From assembly GCA_014727915.1 (NCBI GenBank), contig WJMO01000006.1, positions 416,001 to 480,000 on the forward strand: a stretch of 64,000 nt of DNA, given 5' to 3'. Numbering within the stretch: position 1 is the first letter of the stretch; the number at the start of each line of letters is the position of its first letter. The notes below the pieces were generated by a model. It had not been told where the DNA came from, searched no databases, and saw only the letters and a list, made by a program, of their open reading frames with translations. Positions 56,884-64,000 of this stretch are shown here, in pieces. Origin of the DNA: Candidatus Altiarchaeales archaeon. GTDB lineage: Archaea; Altiarchaeota; Altiarchaeia; IMC4; SCGC-AAA252-I15. The position numbers and the translations under genes were made by a program.

Positions 56884-58233
56884 ATGGTTTGCGGGTTTTT
56901 TCATGATCGGCGACGGACCATATTCCTCTTCTCCATTTCAACCGCATTCTTCCTCTACCAGCACATGATCGGTTTATCATGGGATTTCTCCGTTTACGTG
57001 TTGAACGCACGTTACATGTTCGGGGGCGGTCATTATATGGAGTGGTTGAGGGCGCCGCTCATGCCGTTCCTCCTTTTCACATTGAGCTTTGCAGGATACA
57101 GGTTAGGGGAGTATCTGTACATAGTGTTGGCTTCCATGTTGTTCGCTGTGGCTTCGGTGAAGTTCGCCGGAAAGGCGGGGTTGGACGGGAACATTTTCTA
57201 TGCGCTGATGTTAAGCCCGTATGTGTTGAATTGGGGGCTGCTAGCAGGCACGGAGCTGCTGACCCTGTCCTTGCTCATGCTGGCCTTAACGTATCTGAAG
57301 ACGTGGAGGTCGTGTGTTTTCTTCGGTTTGGGAGTTCTCGCGAGATACACGACGGTGTCGTATCTTGTCCTGCTAGCGTACAAGAGGAACGTGAAGGACG
57401 TTATACTCTGCCTTGCCGTATTGGTATTGGTTTTCACGCCGTGGATGGCGTACAACAAGGCCCTGAAAGGCCATCCACTGTACTCGGTGGGGGATTCGAT
57501 GTTCTTCAACATGGTATACCGGAGACAATACGCCACCGAATTCAGCCTATGGCATGTGGCAGGCGTCATAGGAGCGTATCTGCCGTTCATGGCCTATGGT
57601 TTGTGTGCGTGTTTAAGGCGGAGGCTGCCAGGCTATGAGGGGCTGGTGCTCGCCTTCATGATACTGGCACTGATCTCATACTGGAGGATCCCTGTGAAGG
57701 AGATAAGACACCTGTTCAACCTCTCCCTGCCGGCGGCATATTTCACCGCCGTCGCATTGAAGAGGCTTGAGCCAAGTGTCGGGAGGGAACTGGTGCTCGC
57801 CTCCATTGTTCTGCTGAACTTCTCGATGGGTACTCTGACCTTTGAGAGCATCGGACTGTGGCCAGGCTTCTATGAAGGGGCAGAGGCTGTTCGCGGCGAT
57901 TGCATGGTAATGTCCAACATGTGGCCGCAGCTGAACTACCTGGGAGTCAGGGCGGAGACCTACCCGGAACGTGTTGAAGTGCGGGCTGAGATAGGGGAGG
58001 GCAAGAGGATAATACTGTACAAGTACGGGCCAGAGAGCGAGCCAGAGTACATGCACGACGTGGATTTCATGGGCGGCCTGCCTACGATCGATGAGACGTA
58101 CTCCTATGTCATCTTGGGGGAAATCGGCAGGTGCGCCCCACAAGAGGATGTTGACGGTTCGATGATGGAATTGCTCGACAATAGGGGATACGACGCCGAG
58201 CTGTGCCCGCTCCTTCCTTTGATGTGCGGTTAG
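56884..58233 (+). CDS. GT-C (PMT/GT39-like) polytopic glycosyltransferase
   Basis: WDFSVYVLNA, YMEWLRAPLMP, TE, LARY, KEIRHL; about 11 TM plus a soluble C-terminal domain. Confidence 0.75.
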   Translation: MVCGFFHDRRRTIFLFSISTAFFLYQHMIGLSWDFSVYVLNARYMFGGGHYMEWLRAPLMPFLLFTLSFAGYRLGEYLYIVLASMLFAVASVKFAGKAGLDGNIFYALMLSPYVLNWGLLAGTELLTLSLLMLALTYLKTWRSCVFFGLGVLARYTTVSYLVLLAYKRNVKDVILCLAVLVLVFTPWMAYNKALKGHPLYSVGDSMFFNMVYRRQYATEFSLWHVAGVIGAYLPFMAYGLCACLRRRLPGYEGLVLAFMILALISYWRIPVKEIRHLFNLSLPAAYFTAVALKRLEPSVGRELVLASIVLLNFSMGTLTFESIGLWPGFYEGAEAVRGDCMVMSNMWPQLNYLGVRAETYPERVEVRAEIGEGKRIILYKYGPESEPEYMHDVDFMGGLPTIDETYSYVILGEIGRCAPQEDVDGSMMELLDNRGYDAELCPLLPLMCG

Positions 58234-58234
58234 G

Positions 58235-59509
58235 TCAGCGGTTCTTCTCCCAGATGTTTATGTGCCCGCCCATCCGAGTCCATGGTAGCACCTCCAACAG
58301 GAAGGGTAAGACGAAGTAGACGAGTGTTAGTAGGTAGTAGGGGAAGAGGAAGAATATCACCAATAGTATGCGCAGGTTCAACCGTCCGATCCTCTCAACC
58401 GAGAGGAAGTTGTAGAGCATGTTAAGTATGTAGGATACAATGAAATAGGGGAATATGGGTGTCATCGGCCACACCCCAGATAACGTGTTGTATATGAACT
58501 GCAGGGTTCCGTACATGGAGAAGGACGCGAAAAAGTACTGTAACACGGTGAGCGACAGGTAGTTGCCGTGGGCCACGTACCACCTCATGTACCCCCCAAA
58601 TATCTGATAGAAGGTTATGGGAAGTATGAAGAAGGATTGGACGAAGAAGTATATCTGGTTGGGAAGGCCGTACAATCCTATGAACCCGTATCGTGGGTTC
58701 AAAACCATATCCCAGTGCTTTCTTATGACCTGGACTGTGCCCCGCCCCCACCTGAACCTCTGCCTTGCGAGACCGCCGACTGTCTGGGGCACGTTGGTAT
58801 ACATTACCGCCTTGGACATGACAAGCCTCCACCCTGCCTTGTGCAGCTTCAAACCGATGTCGAAGTCCTCCGACAGCGTATCAGTGCAGAAGAGCCCTAC
58901 ATTCACCAGAGCCTCCCGCCTGAACGCGGCGAACCCCGGCAGGACATAAGTGCATCCGAGCTTGTCGAATATGTACCTCCACATGGAGCTGAGTATGTAC
59001 TCGAAGTCCTGGAACCATACAAGTGGGTTGCGGTTTATCACCACCCTTATTATCCCCGAGACCGCTCCTACCTTGGGGTCTGAGAAGGGAGCGGCCAGGT
59101 TCGACAGCGCGTCCCCCGCCAGCTGGGAGTCGGCATCGAGGAAAGCCACTATCTCGCCGGAACACTCCTCAACTCCGCGGTTGACGGCCAATGCCTTCCC
59201 CAGATGGTCTGTTTCGATCAGGCGCAGCCTCTCATCCTCGGAGGCCATCTTGGACACTATATCGCCTGTGCGATCCTTTGAGCCGTCATCGACGACCACC
59301 ACCTCCACCCTGCCAGGGTAGTCTGAGTCCAATATGCTCCTGACCGTTTCCTCGATAACGCTCTCCTCGTCGTGTGCGGGAACAACAACAGATATGTGGG
59401 GGTGATTTTTCAGCTTGTGCCTGCGCTCTGGCATGAAGCCGAGGACGGTCCAGAACACGAAGGTGAAGATGGAGATTACGAAGGTCGCGAGGAGTATCTC
59501 GTCTATCAT
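58235..59509 (-). CDS. Processive GT2 glycosyltransferase (IcaA/PgaC/HasA-like)
   Basis: VVPAHDE, VDDGSKD, GKA.A.N, DADS, QDFEY, LPGFAAFRR, SEDFD, QRFRW; N- and C-terminal TMs. Confidence 0.9.
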   Translation of the reverse strand: MIDEILLATFVISIFTFVFWTVLGFMPERRHKLKNHPHISVVVPAHDEESVIEETVRSILDSDYPGRVEVVVVDDGSKDRTGDIVSKMASEDERLRLIETDHLGKALAVNRGVEECSGEIVAFLDADSQLAGDALSNLAAPFSDPKVGAVSGIIRVVINRNPLVWFQDFEYILSSMWRYIFDKLGCTYVLPGFAAFRREALVNVGLFCTDTLSEDFDIGLKLHKAGWRLVMSKAVMYTNVPQTVGGLARQRFRWGRGTVQVIRKHWDMVLNPRYGFIGLYGLPNQIYFFVQSFFILPITFYQIFGGYMRWYVAHGNYLSLTVLQYFFASFSMYGTLQFIYNTLSGVWPMTPIFPYFIVSYILNMLYNFLSVERIGRLNLRILLVIFFLFPYYLLTLVYFVLPFLLEVLPWTRMGGHINIWEKNR

Positions 59510-59516
59510 TTTTTAG

Positions 59517-60200
59517 TCAGTTGCATATGGAGACGTTGGGAGAGTTCTCGCACAATAGCCGCTCTATCTCGTCCTTGTCCCTGAGGCCGCAGTAGGTGTT
59601 CCCCTCTATCACCGTGCACGGGTGCTCGCCCACGCCGTACACTTCAGCCAGAACGTTTACCGAGGACACGTTCAAGTCCGAGTCGAAGCTGAATATGGCA
59701 AGCTCCTCGTCTATCCTCTTGTTCAGGTGGTCTAGGACGTAGGCCTGGTCGTCGCATTGCTTGCAGTCCTCGCCGCGCCGGTAGAAGTAGAGTATGACCG
59801 TCTGGTCTATGTCGCATTTGTCCCGTACCTGGGTGAGAAGCGACAGGTACAGCACTTCCTGGCGGTTGAACCTCCTCTTCTGCTTCAGGTAGTAGGGGTC
59901 TGTCATGTACTCTTCCGTCAGCCGCTTGTAGAGCTCGATCTTGTCGCCTAGCCTCCAGATGTTCTGGTCCAACAACTCAAGCTGGGACTTCAAAGTGACG
60001 CAGGTGGCGTTCTCTCCGAACATGCGCATAAGCTGCGTCAACGCCTCCATCTCCTCCAGCGTGTCGATGGTGGCCTCCATCCTCGACTCCAGGTTGGCCT
60101 CCCGCTTCTCGTTGATGTAGACGTTGATCGAGTATATCACCACAAGGACAAAGACCGTCAAGACAAGGGCTTTGGCGAATATCCACCTGCTCACCTCCAT
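59517..60200 (-). CDS. Membrane-anchored coiled-coil + thioredoxin-like (CxxC) protein
   Basis: N-terminal TM, helical region, ILYFY...CKQC...YGVGEHPCTVI; overlaps the upstream GT2 gene and ends 8 nt before the downstream one. Confidence 0.75.
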   Translation of the reverse strand: MEVSRWIFAKALVLTVFVLVVIYSINVYINEKREANLESRMEATIDTLEEMEALTQLMRMFGENATCVTLKSQLELLDQNIWRLGDKIELYKRLTEEYMTDPYYLKQKRRFNRQEVLYLSLLTQVRDKCDIDQTVILYFYRRGEDCKQCDDQAYVLDHLNKRIDEELAIFSFDSDLNVSSVNVLAEVYGVGEHPCTVIEGNTYCGLRDKDEIERLLCENSPNVSICN

Positions 60201-61438
60201 TTTACCTTCCTCCCCGCGAGGACAGAGTAAAAGGAGCTGAGCCAGAAGAACTGGTAGAGTAGGAAGAAGAAGATGAACCCTATGAAGCCCGATATGTTCT
60301 CCCTGAGCCTCCTGTGCATCACGCTCATGCTGGCCTTGGTCATCAAAGCGATTGACAGCATGGAAGACAGCATGAGAAAGTGGAATATGCTAACCGTCAA
60401 CAGGTCGAAGTCCAATATGTCAAATGGGAGCAGCTCGAAGTTCGTCAGGATCAGGTGTTTCACATGCTGGAATATGTTGTTGGCCAATAGCCCGGCCGAG
60501 TATACGCCCATCAGCAGGCCCAATGTTATGGTCAGGTAGTTGAGGGGCAGGAAGAAGACGCCGAAGCAGCCGAGAGCCCGGTTGAACATGGTGTCCTTAT
60601 GCTGCAGCAGGGTTATGAGGGATCCGCTGTACCACCTCTTCCTCTGCCTGTACAAACCGTTCAAGGTGGAAGGCACGATTGTGTAGACGCCTGTGTGGAG
60701 GGTGTTCTCTATCCTGTAGCCTGCCTTGTGTATCCTAAAGGCTATCTCCATGTCCTCCACTATGTTGTGCTCGTCGAAGCCGCCAATCTCCAAGAGCATG
60801 GACTTCCGGTAGATGCTGAACGGCCCGGGGGTTACATGCATGGCATTCAGGTAGGAGAGTATCTTGAGCGAGAGCGAGAGGCCGACCACGTATTCTATGT
60901 CGACTATCCTCTCCAAAAGGTTCCTGGGCTCGCTAACGTGAACGCGGACCGTCACAGCCCCGACGCCCTCGTCCCGGAACATGCCAACGGTCTTCTTCAA
61001 TATGTCACTTTTGACCACGCTGTCAGAGTCCATCGTAGCAACATAATCCCCCTTGGCTGCTTCAATGCCCTCGTTCAGGGAGAACGCCTTCCCATGGTTT
61101 TCGCTCCGGTCTATGAAAACCGCCCGCATTTCTTTGTGGGAGGAGATGAAGTCTCTTATGAAATCAGAAGTCCGATCGGTGCTTCCGTCGTTAACGACTA
61201 TAACCTCATACCTGCCCCATGGATAGTCCATGTCATAAAGCGACTGAAGGGCCGGTAGAACCCCTTTTTCCTCGTTTAGAGCCGGAACTACAACGCTTAC
61301 AAAGGGCAGGCTATCATCTGGTTCCCCATATGATTTCAGGTCCTCACGCTTCTCAAGCATGATCAACAACACCAATGCTATGAAGTAAGTGGACAGGAAC
61401 CATACGGTCAACGTTAATATGGAATACATCAAATCCAT
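60191..61438 (-). CDS. Processive GT2 glycosyltransferase (IcaA/PgaC/HasA-like)
   Basis: VVPALNEE, VNDGSTD, GKAFSLN, DSDS, DIEY, TPGPFSIYRK, VEDME, QRKRW; TMs. Confidence 0.9.
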   Translation of the reverse strand: MDLMYSILTLTVWFLSTYFIALVLLIMLEKREDLKSYGEPDDSLPFVSVVVPALNEEKGVLPALQSLYDMDYPWGRYEVIVVNDGSTDRTSDFIRDFISSHKEMRAVFIDRSENHGKAFSLNEGIEAAKGDYVATMDSDSVVKSDILKKTVGMFRDEGVGAVTVRVHVSEPRNLLERIVDIEYVVGLSLSLKILSYLNAMHVTPGPFSIYRKSMLLEIGGFDEHNIVEDMEIAFRIHKAGYRIENTLHTGVYTIVPSTLNGLYRQRKRWYSGSLITLLQHKDTMFNRALGCFGVFFLPLNYLTITLGLLMGVYSAGLLANNIFQHVKHLILTNFELLPFDILDFDLLTVSIFHFLMLSSMLSIALMTKASMSVMHRRLRENISGFIGFIFFFLLYQFFWLSSFYSVLAGRKVKWR

Positions 61439-61526
61439 GGTCTAAAACACTCCCCCGCAACCAGCCCACTATATGATTAGCTGATATTATAATAAATAAA
61501 GTCTATATATTGGTCTGGTGTCGTCT

Positions 61527-62090
61527 ATGGATGAGGACAGGCTAGAATTTAAGCGGCAGATGGTCCATCTATTCAACGGATCGGTCATTGGAGGCCTCGT
61601 ATACGCCCTAAAGCCCGTATACGGGCTTTGGATACTTGTGCCGCTGGTATTATCGCTTTTCATATTGCACGCGGTCCCAAAGCTAACACCGGATTTGAAG
61701 GTGGCAAACCACTTATTATACCATTTTGAGCGTCGGAAGGACATAGACAACTTCCCCTTCAAAGGCGCCATATTCTACGGATACGGGATAATATTCCCAA
61801 TAGTCCTCTTGGAGACAGAGTATGCGGTCGCAACCATACTCGTTTTGAGCGTTGGAGACGCCTTCAGCAACCTCGTAGGGAGGAAATATGGGAGGATAAG
61901 GATATTAGACAAGAGCATGGAGGGCACGCTGGGTTTCTTCTTCAGCGCATGGCTGGCAGCATCCCTGCTAGTTGACCCAACCCACGCGCTCATAATGGCA
62001 GCAGTAGCTTCCGTAATAGAACTGTTCAGCTTCTGGGATGACAATATCACAATACCCTTAGGCCTCTCCCTGCTTGTTCAACTCCTCTGA
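61527..62090 (+). CDS. Dolichol/polyprenol kinase (SEC59/CTP_transf) family membrane protein
   Basis: EFKRQMVH, GDAFSNLVGRKYG, KSMEGT, DDNITIP. Confidence 0.88.
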   Translation: MDEDRLEFKRQMVHLFNGSVIGGLVYALKPVYGLWILVPLVLSLFILHAVPKLTPDLKVANHLLYHFERRKDIDNFPFKGAIFYGYGIIFPIVLLETEYAVATILVLSVGDAFSNLVGRKYGRIRILDKSMEGTLGFFFSAWLAASLLVDPTHALIMAAVASVIELFSFWDDNITIPLGLSLLVQLL

Positions 62091-62688
62091 CCCGGACCCT
62101 CCGGCCTTCAACGGTTAGCCTGCCCTCAACGTACCATTTCACCGCCTGGGGGTAGATGAGATGCTCCTGCTCCAATATCCTGCCGGCAAGACTGTTGACG
62201 TCGTCGCCTTCGAGCACGGGAACAGCCGCCTGTACGATTATGGGACCGTGGTCGACTTCCTCGTCGACGAAGTGTACGGTGCAGCCTGAGACCTTGACAC
62301 CGTAGTCGAATGCCTGCTGCTGGCCATGCACCCCCGGAAAAGACGGCAACAGCGCGGGATGGATGTTCATAAGCCTGTCCTTGAAAGCCCTTACAAAATA
62401 GGGGGTTATTATCCGCATGTAACCAGCTAGGAGAACCAGGTCAACATCGCGCTTCCCCAGCTCTTTCACAACTTCCTTGTCGTAGTCCTCCCGCGAAACA
62501 TATCCGCTGGGGTCCAGGTGAAGGGATTCAATTCCGTGGCTCTCAGCCCGCTCCAACGCGTAGGCGTCCTTCTTGTCGGATACTACGACGACCACCTGGG
62601 AGTCGGGTATCCACCCAGACTCCACATTGTCTATGATGGACTGCAGGTTGCTACCCCCGCCGGAGGCCAGGACGCCGATTAGGGCCAT
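62047..62688 (-). CDS. purN: Phosphoribosylglycinamide formyltransferase (folate-dependent)
   Basis: ASGGGSNLQSI, LAGYMRI, NIHPALLPSFPG, SGCTVHFV...VDHGPII. Confidence 0.96.
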   Translation of the reverse strand: MALIGVLASGGGSNLQSIIDNVESGWIPDSQVVVVVSDKKDAYALERAESHGIESLHLDPSGYVSREDYDKEVVKELGKRDVDLVLLAGYMRIITPYFVRAFKDRLMNIHPALLPSFPGVHGQQQAFDYGVKVSGCTVHFVDEEVDHGPIIVQAAVPVLEGDDVNSLAGRILEQEHLIYPQAVKWYVEGRLTVEGRRVRVRGVEQAGRGLRVL

Positions 62689-62726
62689 ACGAGAATATTA
62701 TATGTTGAGTTTTATAATGTGTATGT

Positions 62727-63218
62727 ATGAGGTTACTGGCCGTCCTGGCGCTCGCCCTGCTGGCCTGCGGGTGCATGACAGGAGCTTCAGAAGAGCCTGT
62801 GAAGGTCGTGGACGTGGGCTCTGACCAGGGGAGAGTCGTGGAATCGGTGGTCGAGACTACCACAACAACTGTAGAGGTGGCGGAGACGGTCGATACGGCG
62901 GAACCCCAGGAAGGCGATGTCATCGAGGTCGGAGACGACGTGGTCATAGAGATAAGACAGACCACAACATCAACCACCGCAACTTCAACTACCACAACAT
63001 CCTCCACTACAACAACCACTACGGATTCCACGACCACAACAACTTCCACGACCACGTCGAGCACATCTTCGACCACGCTTCCGTGCACCATAGAATGCTA
63101 TGAGATAGAATACCCCAACCCCAGCAGCTGCGAACGGGGATGCTGCATAAGCGAGAACACCAGATGCCAGTACATAACCGGCGGACTGAGCCAGGGCGGA
63201 CGGTGCAGGTGCCGTTAG
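62727..63218 (+). CDS. Putative lipoprotein, Thr-rich stalk with C-terminal 8-Cys module
   Basis: LLACGC lipobox; long poly-Thr/Ser; CTIEC...SCERGCC...CQY...CRC. Confidence 0.7.
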   Translation: MRLLAVLALALLACGCMTGASEEPVKVVDVGSDQGRVVESVVETTTTTVEVAETVDTAEPQEGDVIEVGDDVVIEIRQTTTSTTATSTTTTSSTTTTTTDSTTTTTSTTTSSTSSTTLPCTIECYEIEYPNPSSCERGCCISENTRCQYITGGLSQGGRCRCR

Positions 63219-64000
63219 AGGTCGATCCTGTCCCTCCACTTCCTTATGGCCTCTCCAGCAACGTAGATGGAGCCAGTGATGAGCACTAGGTCGTCCTCGG
63301 ATGCAATGGACAATGCGTGGTCGACCGCGTCGGACACGCGCTCAACCGGGACGCCGTCCGCGTGCTTGAGGATTTCGCACGCCCCAAGAGCCCTCTTCAA
63401 ATCGGCTCTGGTGGCGATGAGCACGTCAGCCTCTGAAAGAAGCCCTATCATGGGCTTGTATTCCTTGTCGGACATGAAACCCGCCACCACGACCAGCCTA
63501 TCGTAATCCAGGGACCTTATGAAAGCCAGGGACTCACGCATACCCGCCGCGTTATGTGCTGAGTCAACTATTACCCTCGGGTTTTCCCGGACCAGGTCCA
63601 GCCTGCCGGGCCAATAGGCCTTCGGGACCGCTGACAGAATGTCACCACGCGTAGTGCCTAACTCTTCTGCTGCTGAGACCGCGCAGGCAATATTCAACGC
63701 CTGGAAGCCTCCGCGCATGGGAGACCTCAGCACATAGGATTCCCGGCCGGTCTTCATCTTGAACGAAACACCATCAAGGGAGGACTCGACATCACATAGG
63801 ACTACATCCCCCCCGACCTTAACAACCCTTGAACCCCGCTCAGCCGCCGCGGAAGATATTATGTCCAATGCCTCCCCGGACGCAGCGGTCACAACCACCG
63901 ACCCGCCGTGGATTATCCCTGCTTTCTCGACGGCGATCTCGCCGACTGTCGAGCCTAGATAGCTGGTGTGGTCGATCTCGACGTTCGTTATCACCTGGAG
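63215..64000 (-). CDS. folC: Folylpolyglutamate synthase/dihydrofolate synthase, 3' part (5'-truncated by the window edge)
   Basis: ITNV.IDH..YLG.T..EIA.EKAGII, Q..N...A, WPGRL, DSAHN, ITGSIYVAGEA. Confidence 0.92.
   Translation of the reverse strand, partial: LQVITNVEIDHTSYLGSTVGEIAVEKAGIIHGGSVVVTAASGEALDIISSAAAERGSRVVKVGGDVVLCDVESSLDGVSFKMKTGRESYVLRSPMRGGFQALNIACAVSAAEELGTTRGDILSAVPKAYWPGRLDLVRENPRVIVDSAHNAAGMRESLAFIRSLDYDRLVVVAGFMSDKEYKPMIGLLSEADVLIATRADLKRALGACEILKHADGVPVERVSDAVDHALSIASEDDLVLITGSIYVAGEAIRKWRDRIDL

Noticed and set aside
62958-63077. ACC/ACA-rich tandem repeat
   Set aside because: Simply encodes the poly-Thr stalk of a lipoprotein-like gene.

Overview
Archaeal chromosomal window, densely coding and mostly housekeeping. 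Core genes include cdc48, nnr, rps15-pcc1-rps3ae, a DHH/RecJ-like nuclease, purA, purSLQ, purN, folC (partial), PCNA, class I LysRS, rpl35ae, a porG/D/A/B operon, ftsZ-secE-spt5-rpl11-rpl1-rplP0, a short NFACT protein, a DRG GTPase, TraB, aroE, aroD, larB/larC and SRP54. Broad biosynthetic capacity together with many Thr-rich, Cys-rich lipoprotein-like surface proteins suggests Ca. Altiarchaeota or a related DPANN-affiliated lineage (inference only). Features missing from the ORF track: (1) a double-guide box C/D sRNA at 24770-24829, whose guides point by the D+5 rule to 23S U2552 and 16S C1402 (E. coli numbering), followed by an exact 27-bp duplication of its 3' half around a hairpin-rich spacer; (2) an intron-containing tRNA-Phe(GAA) with an AT-rich islet bounded by a 12-bp copy of its 3' end; (3) secE; (4) a marC gene whose conserved N-terminus seems to start at ATC behind a GGTGA Shine-Dalgarno and a long hairpin; (5) a candidate S15 leader hairpin. 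Best candidates for uncharacterised systems: a GT2/CxxC membrane protein/GT2 operon (PNAG, hyaluronan or chitin-type synthase motifs) flanked by a GT-C and a dolichol-kinase-like gene; an aroD-larB-TPR-larC-YkgJ operon with no larE in the window; a DUF3160 lipoprotein coupled to a membrane-anchored ArsR regulator; and a shared small Cys-rich surface module. No CRISPR array, rRNA gene, integrase or transposase was seen. All family calls come from motif recognition, not database searches.
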